In this document: one piece after another, positions 12,452 to 23,114 of the stretch
Layout of the letters: each line of letters begins with the position of its first letter
How positions within the stretch are numbered: the stretch's first letter is position 1
DNA from: Tetramitus jugosus
Lineage: Eukaryota > Protista > Heterolobosea
NCBI GenBank assembly: GCA_937625935.1
Contig: OW569349.1
Location: 1-64,000 of the forward strand
Direction: 5' to 3'
Length of the DNA stretch: 64,000 bases
Made by a program: the position numbers and the translations under genes
The notes under the pieces: generated by a model
What the model was told of the DNA's origin: nothing
The model's input: the letters and a program-made list of their open reading frames with translations, nothing else
Database searches by the model: none

Positions 12452-14858
12452 ATGACAATCAACGACCAACTCCTACAGGAAGGCATTTTTGGTCCTGTCT
12501 ATTCTACAAATGGTCAAATCTACGATATTACCAGTATCATGACTCGGAGAAGCCAATTTCCTTCGGAAACTAGAGAATTTCGGCAGTATGCAAAGAGGTT
12601 CTTGCAAGAGATAGACTCTTCATGGTCAGTGACCGGTGGAAGATACTACGTTTCATTGCGGGGGTATTGAGAGTGGCCTGTAAATGTCGTTTATTCTCAC
12701 TACTGGATGGATTTGCAGATTATTTTGAATCGAGCCATACTCCTAATGTTGCCACCGTCGCTAGATACTCCTCATTAGATCCCATTGATATTAGTAACAT
12801 ATTTTCGACAATAGAGACAGTGGGGTCGAGTTCCGGTGTGGGTATCCATAACATATTGCCCAATCGCCGATCAGAAACTTCTAGATTAAATCGACTTAGA
12901 AGAAAAATTGTTGTCGCTCTTGTGGATATTTGCAAGCCCTATCAATCCCGAAACATGCAAGAATATCCTATTCAACAGGCTATTCTGGATATATTAATAA
13001 TGTTCCTCAGTGGAAATACAGCATCTATCAGATCAAATGATTTAGTGACTGGTATTATCAATGCCCTGTGTACTAATTATGAAAACAGAGTCCTATCTAT
13101 TCGTTTGAAGGAGATCGACAATCAATTGAAAACAGTGGAAAGATTCCAAAGTTCCTGTGGAAACAAAAAGTCATACGTGTCAACAGTTCGAAAAAGTAAT
13201 GCGCTTTCATGATATTATCCCAAGCATGCTATCCAATAGCTTTTCGATGAACGAGGACGGAACCATTGCCATTAAGTTGAAGAAGTATTCTTGGCTTTTC
13301 AGTTGCGATACAAAACGAACGATGCCGTTTTCATCAAAGGAATTCCGAAAGGATAAAACTTTGGCTTGCTTGTTCCCACTATTTCTTGGAAACGCAAGAC
13401 CCTCCTTTTATATGTTCACGATTATTGCATACATGGAATTAACAGAAACCCAAAATAACATGCAGTGGTTGAATCGATACTTGTTCGAAAACTACTTTGA
13501 TGCGTTCAAGAAATACTATTTGTTGGTACAACGATGTGATGGAACTCGCGAACTAGTGTTGTTCGATCTGTTCTTATGTTCAGATTACAAAGAACTGGCA
13601 GCGTTCTTTGGGGAGCTCACGAAATCATGTCTTGGGAATCGATTTGGACAATAATCTTATTGGTCGCATCAAAACTCTCAATGACTACCCTACCTCAGCA
13701 TCTAAAACGTATGGGCCTGATCGGGTAGTCTTTGACATAACACATTGTTGCTCAGCAATTGGGAAAAGCTTGCGAGATCAGATTGTACATGATGCGATAG
13801 CAACAGACAAGTACCAATTTGTTCAACGTTTAAGGGACTCTTCAGTATATCAGCAATACCTGCGAACTGGAGATGCTTATAGTTGCGAGATCGTAGATTA
13901 TCAGTCATTTTTCAGGATATGCGAGGAGTATAACTACTCGTACAGTGTGTCAAACATTTTTGAGTCGGCAAATATCTTGTGTTCATTATTGAGTGAACGT
14001 ACTTCAACTGTACTGCCAACAGTGTTTCCAACCCTCATTATGGTTCAACAACTGCTCGATAGATTAGGCATTAACTTCGATGTTTTGTCTGAAAAAACAG
14101 CGACAAAGAGAATCATGACTCCATGCTACGCTGCTTCCTTAGTTCTGTTGATATGGCCAAAAATTGAATCAATGATTAAGAGTAATGATTGTGTATCAAA
14201 ACTGGCTATGCGCAAATGGATCGAAGCAATGAAAAGTCATTGCCCAACTCAAGATCAAGTTTCAAAAGTGAAGTACTGGGCTTCAGTTGCATTTGATGAT
14301 TGGTCTTTCTTCAAAAAGAGGGCATATCGTATGTTATCCAAGCATATCACAAACACTTTCATCGATGGTGTCAATAGCGGGTTGCTGCCATGGAAAATGA
14401 ATACAGAAGGAATAGAACGTCTTAACTTTATGACGAGTAATACCAAAACAAATCGCCGCACTCTTGACGATACAACGTTAGTTCTCTTTTTGAATGGTAC
14501 AGAAGAATTTCAAGATTTAGTTTTGGATGAAGACAATGAAATATCGGATATTCATCTGGGACCACATTACCTACTCCAGGTGTTGTCTAAATTTGATGTT
14601 CGATGTGAAGCACACAAGAACTACGATAGAACTCATAGTGAGTCTCTGACAACGACAAGAGTCAAGAGGCTAAGTCAGAGATTGGAAAAGAATAATGTAT
14701 CACAGTGGTCGTTGTTTGATCAGGGTATAGTTGAACAACTAAATTCTCAAGTTTCTAATCTCCAACATGGCATTAGACCAATTCGAGATGAACAGATGGA
14801 GAATACTTATCAGGTTGAATCAGACAGAGCTGACCTTGTCGAGAATAGTTGGGCATAG
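12452..14858 (+). pseudogene. Large (~800 aa) uncharacterised protein, frameshifted three times (possible transposon cargo)
   Basis: Four consecutively overlapping + strand ORFs (12422, 12622, 13157, 13608); no obvious introns; no family recognised. Confidence 0.55.
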
Positions 14859-14923
14859 TTAATTTATTTTTTTTGTATTGTTTTCTCGTGTTTTTTAAGC
14901 TAACGCTTTCACCAGCCTTGATG

Positions 14924-15650
14924 TTACAGTAGTATTGGTCGTCCATGGCAATCCTTAATGAAGAGCCGAAACTTCAACCGCAATACCAAATCTCCATTCA
15001 TACCATTGTGAAAATAAATATATAGTGGAGCACGGGAAGTACAATTAGTTCCATCCTTCCAGGTGCGCAGAGGTAATTCTGTCCAAAACAAGAGCGAAAC
15101 ATTTGATAGTTGGATGACTCTCTGTCGTTCAATGTCCGATCGAACTATTTTCCTTTGTAAAATAGCTCGAGGCAAATGTCCAAACAAGTGATCAAACATT
15201 TGCTTCGTCATCGGTACAGTGCTAGTGGTGACAAAATCGTCATAGGGATGAGCTTTCCTCATTGTGGATATCATTTGAATGATCGTTGTTCGCAATTGAA
15301 ATTTGAGTTCAAAAGCCAAAAATTCATCCACCTTTGGAATAGGATTTCGTTCAATAATTAACTCCTCTTGGTGTGTTCGCAAGCGAACGATAGCATCTTC
15401 GAAACTTACTTGTACCAGGTCTCTGAAGAAACTGTCTCTTTCGTCGTTGGTGTTCAAATCATAGTTCCTTTCAGTCATCTGCTTGTATTTTTCATAAACA
15501 CTGATGACGGAGACATCGTGACTTTCCCACTGCATTTGCTGGTTTTCACAAAGAGGAAAGCGCGTCATCAACGTTCCAATACTGGGATCAAGCTCGTGTA
15601 ACATAGTTGTGTTCTTTTACAGCTCCACCTCTCCAATCAAAGCCATTCAT
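14924..15650 (-). pseudogene. Uncharacterised protein, probable frameshift near the start
   Basis: 226-aa ORF without ATG start, overlapping an upstream MNGFDWRGG frame starting at 15650. Confidence 0.45.
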
Positions 15651-15829
15651 GTTGTGTCGTTGTTTTGCTTGGATTCCTTTATTTTTGAAAGAGGGACCCT
15701 CTATTTTTCGAATGCTGCACGGACTTTCAAAATGAATTGAAGAGAAAAGCAAAATTGTCGGGTCATTCGTCGGCAAATAGAACAAAATTTTGAGTAATGG
15801 GCACAAAATTTTTTTCAAGGAAAATTTTA

Positions 15830-16708
15830 TTGTATTGTCTTGATGCTAGTTGATGCTCTTTATGATCTTCTCCAGCCATCACATACAATGCAGCAATTGG
15901 AAAACATCCATGAAAAACTAACGCAATATGTGGTTGACTTTCAAGTGATTTATGGATCCAAGTATGTCACGTTAAATGTTCATTCATTAACTCAGATGCA
16001 TTGCGTCAAACTACATGGTCCACTCTTCTGTTCCAGTGCCTTTCCCTTTGAGAGTTTCAACAAGGTCATTCTCGGCTCAATCCACGGAATCAACAGGATT
16101 GAAACTGGAATCTTTGAGGCTACTCCCCTCTTTCAACATTTGCAGGAGAGACTGTACCAAGGCTACAGCAAGAATGTTGCCAAAGTTCTTGCCCAACTCA
16201 GTGTATGTACAGTTCATTCCTCTGTCCTGGAGACAATTGATGTACTAACTTACCTGCAGAAACATCGATTCAATCATCGTACGGATTCATATTTGGTTGA
16301 TGGATTCAGTTGGATTCAGTCTGTTTGGAACGGATAAGCGCAATGACCACTGCTTCAAATATGCAAAGAAGGATTGGTTTGTAGTCGAAGCGATCAATTA
16401 TGTGAAACAACGCATGAACAACAATTCTACCGTCAGACTCTCGGACAACAGGTATGATTTTATTCATTGGTTTGATTCGTTGTGACTCTACTAACAACAT
16501 CACGGATAATAGAGTAGTTCGAATAGTGAAGATCGTCAAATCTGACAACAGTGTTATAGTGCATGTCCAAGTGCTAAAGGATGTCTTTGTAGGTTTGGAG
16601 CTGTGTTCAATGCGAGAGGTCAAGACACCAGTCATGACACTATCGTGTGACAATAAGGTACTTGACTGTGTTGATGTGCTCAGCTGGCACTCCGTCCTGC
16701 TGCGATGA
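15830..16708 (+). mobile_element. CACTA/Mirage (CMC superfamily) transposase, C-terminal fragment, degraded
   Basis: YGSKYVTLNVHSL..HCVKLHGPLFCSSAFPFESFNKVI matches the H-x-L...GPL...SAFPFE-x-x-N signature of EnSpm/Mirage transposases; N-terminus absent, frameshifts downstream. Confidence 0.8.
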
Positions 16709-17871
16709 CTAACAATTCAAAGAAATAAAACATTCTTGAGTTCACACACTGCATTCTACTTTTCCTTCACGCAAGCGAACAATCCACTCTCACAACTCTG
16801 ACCTTTTCCTCAACTTGTTGACCTCCCTCTTTGTCAGGTGGTATTGCTTGTTCGACCTTGCAGTTTTCAATTTCCAAAGATCGCTCCAAAATTGACAATT
16901 TCGTGTCGCCTTGCTACGGATGAATCTGTAAGAATCGACTGTAGTTTCTGTAAAGTTAACTGACGGAGACTGAGGCAAAAAATCAAAAGTGTAACCTCAA
17001 AGGCAAGAATTTTTATTCGGGGAGGGGTGCATCGTGTGATATTACAGAAAATCGGTTACAATCGAGTGACTCAGCTTTGTGTCCATTCGCTTTTCGACTA
17101 TTGATCATGGGTAATTGCGCACTGCTTTTCCGTGTGTGTATTGGGAGAGTAGTGAGAGTATATGATGAGCTCTATAGATATGATATTAGGATTAATGCGG
17201 TTAATACAAGCTGTCATCAATGTGCGTTGATCTGTTAGGGAAACTCAGTGGTTTGTTGATAATAGATGAACTGAGATCTCAGTGTGAATTGAACAAATAG
17301 CAAAATGTAAATACCCAAGATATGATTTTGAAGAAAATGTATTGAGTGTTGATCAATAGTTTTTACCCTATATAGGACATTGTACATCGACCTCCATTCG
17401 TAGAGGTTGGAGTGTATTGCAAAATACCCCATATGCCATTACAATGTTGAAAGTTATGGACAGATAATTTCGCGGCAAATGAACACTCTTCATTCAACAT
17501 ATATAAACACTCTTTATGCGTACAGATGGTGTAATAATTATCTGGAATAAAAGATTAGCACTGTGAGAACTTGTATCATCATCAATGATACCATTTGTCC
17601 ACGTTGATTGTCCGTATGACCGCTATGCTACTTGTCCGATCATCCTGAGGACACATAAATTAAAAGAGGATGAACAATATCGACGCACTTTCAGATGGCA
17701 CATAGAATCTGCTGGATTGCCAAGGACTTTCCGCGATACAACACGCAACGCTCCAAAAAAGAAGAGAAGTAGCACAACGCAACGCAACCTCACAACGCAA
17801 TGCTGTAATATAAATATATGAATTACTTGTGTCAACAAACATAAGAGAACTAAAACAAAGAACAACTAACA

Positions 17872-18381
17872 ATGGGTAGATGGGAAGCACGTGGTTCACC
17901 AGAAGTCACCTCAGAGTTCAATTATAAAGGAATGCGCATGAGACGTGATTCACAGAAAAATATTGTCACGATTGAATTACTGGATGGTTCTTACAAGTCT
18001 TACCGTCAACGTGGTAGACGTATTGTTAACAGGGGACTCTGGAAAGATGCTTGGGATGAGCACCGTCATCATGAAAAGGGTTCATTCAAGTGGAGATCTC
18101 TTGATGGCATTGTCATTCCATTCAATATCAACGATGACAATATTGTGTTTGTTTTCAAGGTTGTACTCGATGATATTTGTACTATTGCAGGCGTACATGA
18201 GTTGACTTTCCATCAAGTTATGCAATCAGTACAATACCTTGGACAGAACAATGTGATCACTGTCTCCTTCTCCAGTGGCTCTCCTTCTATCACTATAGGT
18301 GAATCAGAGTTCCAGAGAGCTATGGGCTATGCCAACAATGAAAACAGTACCAAAGAGGCATGTACAATTGGTGCTCATTGA
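17872..18381 (+). CDS. Hypothetical 169-aa orphan protein
   Basis: Intact ATG-to-stop ORF with an A/C-rich leader and clustered ACAACGCAA motifs upstream. Confidence 0.6.
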   Translation: MGRWEARGSPEVTSEFNYKGMRMRRDSQKNIVTIELLDGSYKSYRQRGRRIVNRGLWKDAWDEHRHHEKGSFKWRSLDGIVIPFNINDDNIVFVFKVVLDDICTIAGVHELTFHQVMQSVQYLGQNNVITVSFSSGSPSITIGESEFQRAMGYANNENSTKEACTIGAH

Positions 18382-18462
18382 ACGAGAAGATGTTTGTATG
18401 TGATTAGTAAACGCGACTTAACGCATAACGCAGATTATATATTGTAACCATTCTACATCATT

Positions 18463-19079
18463 ATGTCCAAAAACAAAAAGCTGACAATATCGTGTTTTTC
18501 AGGACAGTGCCTGATGACATCAGTATTATTGCCAATGCGCTCTTACTCCTCCGTTTTCATCAATAATGACAGACTGTTGGTGGAAATAGGCAACATCTTC
18601 GGGATGTTTAGAATGCTCTTCCACATACTCTTCTTCTTCTTGTTCGTCGCCTTCTCCTATACTATACTGGACGAAGGACCCACAAGCCTCAACAAAGCAG
18701 GCAAGAATAGCAGATCATGTGCCGCACCGAGCAACACAATGCCCAAATACATCCTAAAGTAATAGATTCTGAAAATCTCTGATTGGGCAAAGTTCAAGAC
18801 AATAACACCAACAAGCTTGGTTGCTGTGATGCCACTCACAACACTGCTACCCATGTTCACAAGAGCATCTTCTGCTCTCTCCTTGTGTGATCCAGTTGCG
18901 GACAAGAAGCTCTTGGTTATGTGGACACAGAACTCGACAGATATGCCAATACTCATCACGAGATTCACGACTGAAAGAGCATTTAGATAGATTCCCCATA
19001 TTGCCATCAATGCCATCAAATGAATGTTAATCATCATGAGACACACGAGAATATAGATTGAACTGATTGGTGATGTCAA
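18463..19079 (-). pseudogene. NPC1: Niemann-Pick C1 C-terminal fragment (last TM helices), 5'-truncated
   Basis: [59 protein letters not shown]; all upstream coding sequence is missing; 3' boundary approximate. Confidence 0.9.
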
Positions 19080-19362
19080 TTACAGCAAGTTATGCGTACT
19101 ATCCCTTGCCCTTAATAATATAGTCACTATCTATTCGTGCTTGTTGAGAAAATGCTTCATGATAATAAATAAATGAACTTCTATGCAACAAGGATGGAGC
19201 AGAGATAGGCATGATGTGGTGAGCATCGAAGAGATGATAGAATGCTCTGCAAAGGCTCCATGCAATCTATAGAATTTATAAATGTAAGTCGTACAATTGA
19301 TTTGTAATTTGTAGGATAAGAAATGAGACTAGTGGCTGCCACGATATTACTTTAAATTCATT

Positions 19363-20688
19363 TCATAAGGCGTTCTTTGCACTTAGCTCAATCGTTACCG
19401 GTTCGCCATAAGATCTCTCAATCGTGAGTACATCTCCTATTTCGAAAGGTTGTTCTTCCTCGAGAGGTCTTCCAAGAGATTTTTCGTCTACTTGTCCCAT
19501 TTTCTTTAAATATATCCGTCCCAATGGTATATGACCTGTATTCCCTGACTTGACCGATACATTCAATCCATTTAATTTGAATATGATTGTAATGTCCTTA
19601 GATATATTCACGAAATTAAGTCCTATTATACTGTTTCCTCGTGCCATCGGGTCCTTTTTCATCTCGCATGCATATTTACACACAATAGTGTTCTTAACTA
19701 ACGGAAATGTCACAGATGAATAAACACTGATCTTTGTAGTATTCTTCGTATTGATTTGAGATGTTTCCTCAATGTTGTTCATTACTTGATCGAAAAATTC
19801 CAATAGATCGGTGTCGGTGCTATGCTGCTCGTCATTCAAAAACAAAAAAGGGCTATTGTTCCCACCTTTCATTGGTTCCTCAACCAAATCCAACAATAAA
19901 GGTGTATCGACTCTGTTCATCTCATCAAATCTCTTCTCCTTTTTATAGGTGAAGCGTGAAGTCACATTCTTAATACTGGTATTGATTTTGTCATGGACGT
20001 ACACTTCACTCATATCTTTCTTTTTCTTCTTTACTTGGTATATCTTGTATTTCATTTCCAAGAAGAATGACACTTCATGTTGTACTGTTTCTACCGGTTT
20101 TGAATACGCACCAATGTCGCAGGATGGCATACTTTGATCTTGAAACAGACTTTTTGATCCATCAGAATGATTACTCGATTCCTCCCTTGCTCTCTTGTTT
20201 TGCCTCGTAGTATGCACAATATCATCTCTTATATGAAATCCATCTATACATGTTCGGCTCTGTTGAGTATTGACCAATTCTATCTGATGAGTAGTTTGAA
20301 ATGGTAGTACAGTCGGAACCATTGCTTTGGGCTGATAATCAAGATCTGAACTTGTACTTAAATTACTCAGATTTGTGTACATATTATGGTTTGAAACTTG
20401 AATCACTGCCTGATCACCGGATGAACTTGCATGCGAACCTGTTTGCTGTAAACTAGGTGTGACGTTTGACTGTCGCTTCTTATTTTTCAACTGGGATGGC
20501 TGTCCTGACTTTCTTCTTTCTTCTTCCCTTTGGTTGATAAAGCATTTATGTGTAAAGCAACGATAGCCTTTGTGTACTGTACAGTATTGTTGATATTTTC
20601 CCTTCTCACACTCTTTGCAGTGATGGTTGTTACCATCAAAGTGGTCTGCGCGATTTGCTGAACATTCAGGATTGTTGCATCTTATCAT
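19363..20688 (-). CDS. Cys/His-rich Zn-finger + low-complexity linker + putative degenerate FHA-like domain
   Basis: N-terminal C-x4-C..HHC-x2-C..C-x2-H-x4-C-x2-H-x-C; C-terminal FPLVKNTIVCK..IGLNFVNISK..FEIGDVLTI resembles FHA strand order (by eye). ORF intact. Confidence 0.6.
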   Translation of the reverse strand: MIRCNNPECSANRADHFDGNNHHCKECEKGKYQQYCTVHKGYRCFTHKCFINQREEERRKSGQPSQLKNKKRQSNVTPSLQQTGSHASSSGDQAVIQVSNHNMYTNLSNLSTSSDLDYQPKAMVPTVLPFQTTHQIELVNTQQSRTCIDGFHIRDDIVHTTRQNKRAREESSNHSDGSKSLFQDQSMPSCDIGAYSKPVETVQHEVSFFLEMKYKIYQVKKKKKDMSEVYVHDKINTSIKNVTSRFTYKKEKRFDEMNRVDTPLLLDLVEEPMKGGNNSPFLFLNDEQHSTDTDLLEFFDQVMNNIEETSQINTKNTTKISVYSSVTFPLVKNTIVCKYACEMKKDPMARGNSIIGLNFVNISKDITIIFKLNGLNVSVKSGNTGHIPLGRIYLKKMGQVDEKSLGRPLEEEQPFEIGDVLTIERSYGEPVTIELSAKNAL

Positions 20689-20757
20689 CTTCGTCTTGTT
20701 TCAAAGTTTTCAAGTTGGAAAAAAATGTTGTAAACTACAATGTGGGTCGGAGTTTTT

Positions 20758-20775
20758 TTGCGTTGTACAACGCAA
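20758..20775. promoter_or_regulatory. Perfect 18-bp palindrome TTGCGTTGTACAACGCAA in a bidirectional promoter
   Basis: Self-complementary; lies between divergent ATGs at 20688 and 20886; the half-site recurs at 17773-17800 and 22983-23031. Confidence 0.6.
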
Positions 20776-20885
20776 CCTTTTTTGTCGAGTCGTCGAAAAT
20801 AAATAACGTCAAAGACGAAGTTCGTCTTTTGTGACATCGATTTTTTCGAAAATCAAAAAAATATTGTGATACCATCATCAGTCGA

Positions 20886-22229
20886 ATGAATTGTAACAAA
20901 CGATATGTTTGTACCAACTTGGGACTATTACAACAAGGTACAAATACATTTACACGAGATGGTCCTTCGTTTATGCAATTTCCAATAATTACATTCAATG
21001 ATGTTCATTTGCCTACTAAGGAAACGAATATTCTATCTCGTGTTATGGATGAACTGGCACAAGCTATTAAGAAAACAGATATTCCATTTGTGCAAGTTGT
21101 CAAAGAAGAACAACCAGATATAACGGTCATTCATGTTGTCTTATCTGAAAAGGTCTCTTACAAAGTACGGGACTATATCCGTATTCTGACAACTACTATC
21201 ATCAAGAAACACAATAGAGCACAGACTTATGCTAAAGTGATTCATCCGCGAAACAATGATAACTATAGTAGCATTGATTATATATCTTCTGGTGGAGCTG
21301 CGTCTGTAGAAAAAGTATACAGAAACGATGACCCGAATACTATTTACGCACGCAAAGAATTTATAAATAAGGATAAATCGAAGTATGACCCATCCAGCAA
21401 GCTATTTCGGAATTTCCTAGAAGAGACACAAAATCTGCTTGAGCACACTTTCGAAGGTCATCATGACAAAGTTCATCTGGTTCCAATAGTTGATGCATAT
21501 TGGACTTGCCGTGATGAAAACCTTGTATTCAGACCTCGTTTTTTTATTGTTCTTCAATATTACGATGAAACTCTTGGAAATTTATTGAGAAGTATTAAAC
21601 GCGGAGAGAAACGCAAATCACTTCGTGATATGGCTACTATTGTGTTATCACTGACTAGATGTGTATGGGTTCTTCACAGATCTGGTCATTCAGCACACAG
21701 TGACATAAAACCCGATAACTGTGCTGTTCGTGAAGATCTCACAGTTTGTTTGCTTGATGTCGGTGGCTTGGTTCCTCATGGAAACAGACCTAGATGGACT
21801 ACTGAAAGGTATTGTGATCCAGATATAACTATTACTGGAGCTACTTCTGACACAGACAAATTCGCGTTGGGTCTTGTGATGCGAGATTGTATTCAAGTTG
21901 TTTGTGAACAATTTCCTGATGAAAAAATCCCCAAAAGTCTATCTGAATGGACACTAAAAGCTTGTCATGTAGGTAACAGAGATAGATTTAAGAGCCCGGA
22001 TGAAATGTATTTTGCGTTGGAAAGTATATTGAAATCTTGGGACGAATTGATAGTTGATGAATCAAACATCCTTTTCATTGACAATCTACCAGAAGATACC
22101 AGTGTGTTAATATCAAATCAAGCGAATAATGAGGGAGATGAACCTATGTTGGCCTTAGGAAGAGGTGATGATTCAAGTTGGGAGAATATACATACAGACG
22201 AAATTATGTCATCATCCAACTCCCAATGA
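20886..22229 (+). CDS. Divergent non-RD Ser/Thr protein kinase (paralog of 7285-8670)
   Basis: SSGGAASV, YARKEF, FLEE, HSDIKPDN, LDVGG, DKFALG; intact and intronless. Confidence 0.85.
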   Translation: MNCNKRYVCTNLGLLQQGTNTFTRDGPSFMQFPIITFNDVHLPTKETNILSRVMDELAQAIKKTDIPFVQVVKEEQPDITVIHVVLSEKVSYKVRDYIRILTTTIIKKHNRAQTYAKVIHPRNNDNYSSIDYISSGGAASVEKVYRNDDPNTIYARKEFINKDKSKYDPSSKLFRNFLEETQNLLEHTFEGHHDKVHLVPIVDAYWTCRDENLVFRPRFFIVLQYYDETLGNLLRSIKRGEKRKSLRDMATIVLSLTRCVWVLHRSGHSAHSDIKPDNCAVREDLTVCLLDVGGLVPHGNRPRWTTERYCDPDITITGATSDTDKFALGLVMRDCIQVVCEQFPDEKIPKSLSEWTLKACHVGNRDRFKSPDEMYFALESILKSWDELIVDESNILFIDNLPEDTSVLISNQANNEGDEPMLALGRGDDSSWENIHTDEIMSSSNSQ

Positions 22230-22396
22230 AACTTACAAGAATAGACTATTGCATATTACAGGTGAACTTAGTAATTAAGAAAATGAATATTCCACTTATA
22301 CAACTTGGTATTGAAGAGCAAGAATCTATACAATATAACATGATTGTTGTTGTGTTTGTAAATGAAATTTATACTAATTAGTTGACAATGTTTTAT

Positions 22397-22942
22397 TCAA
22401 CGAATAGCAGGAACACCACTTGTGGCATCATACAATCTTCCTCGATTCTTGCAATTGACAGTGCTACAGTAACATATCTCGAAGAACGAGATTGATCCAT
22501 TCACGATATTAGAATTGTATTTGTGACTCATTCTTGACGAATGATACTGTGCTACTACATAATTGCTTCTTCTGTGAGACACTTTGGTTATGGAAGAGAA
22601 GTTAAAATCCACATAAGATAGAGTAATATGGTCAGTAGGATACCAGAGCATAGTTTGATGACATTCAATGCATCGAGGAGGTGAGTCAGGGCGATGTGAT
22701 TCAGGTGTCATTAGTATACTATCATTGCTTATGACCTCGTTTGCAGTAATTATATTTTCTCTTGTCAAATCATCAATTATTCCTGTCAAGTCAGGTTTGA
22801 AGAAGTAAATGCACTCTTGGACAGGGATAGTAAACTGAGAGAAAATCTTATTTCTAACACTATTCAATGTTTCGCTTCGATCTATAGTGATACCTCCAAT
22901 CGAACCATGACCCACCAATAAGACATGCACGCTTATGGACAT
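22397..22942 (-). CDS. Putative ubiquitin-like (beta-grasp) domain + Zn-ribbon protein
   Basis: ISVHVLL..IGGITIDRSETLNSVRNKI..YFF..II...E pattern typical of Ubl folds; CIEC...CSTVNC Cys pairs. Confidence 0.55.
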   Translation of the reverse strand: MSISVHVLLVGHGSIGGITIDRSETLNSVRNKIFSQFTIPVQECIYFFKPDLTGIIDDLTRENIITANEVISNDSILMTPESHRPDSPPRCIECHQTMLWYPTDHITLSYVDFNFSSITKVSHRRSNYVVAQYHSSRMSHKYNSNIVNGSISFFEICYCSTVNCKNRGRLYDATSGVPAIR

Positions 22943-23114
22943 TTTAGCTTTATTTTAAATATTCAAATTAAAACCGGTGTTTTTGCGTTGTGCTTGTTTA
23001 TTACATTATTAGAACATTGCGTTGCGTTGTGTTACCCCATTCCATTTTGGAACGTTGCGTTACTTACAAAAATCAACTAATCCATAGCATTGAAACAAAA
23101 CAACTTAACAGTCA

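Noticed and set aside
3177-16708. Frameshifts as programmed frameshifting, tiny introns or an alternative genetic code
   Set aside because: No consistent slippery or splice signals, lesions include deletions of essential motifs, and core genes translate normally with the standard code.
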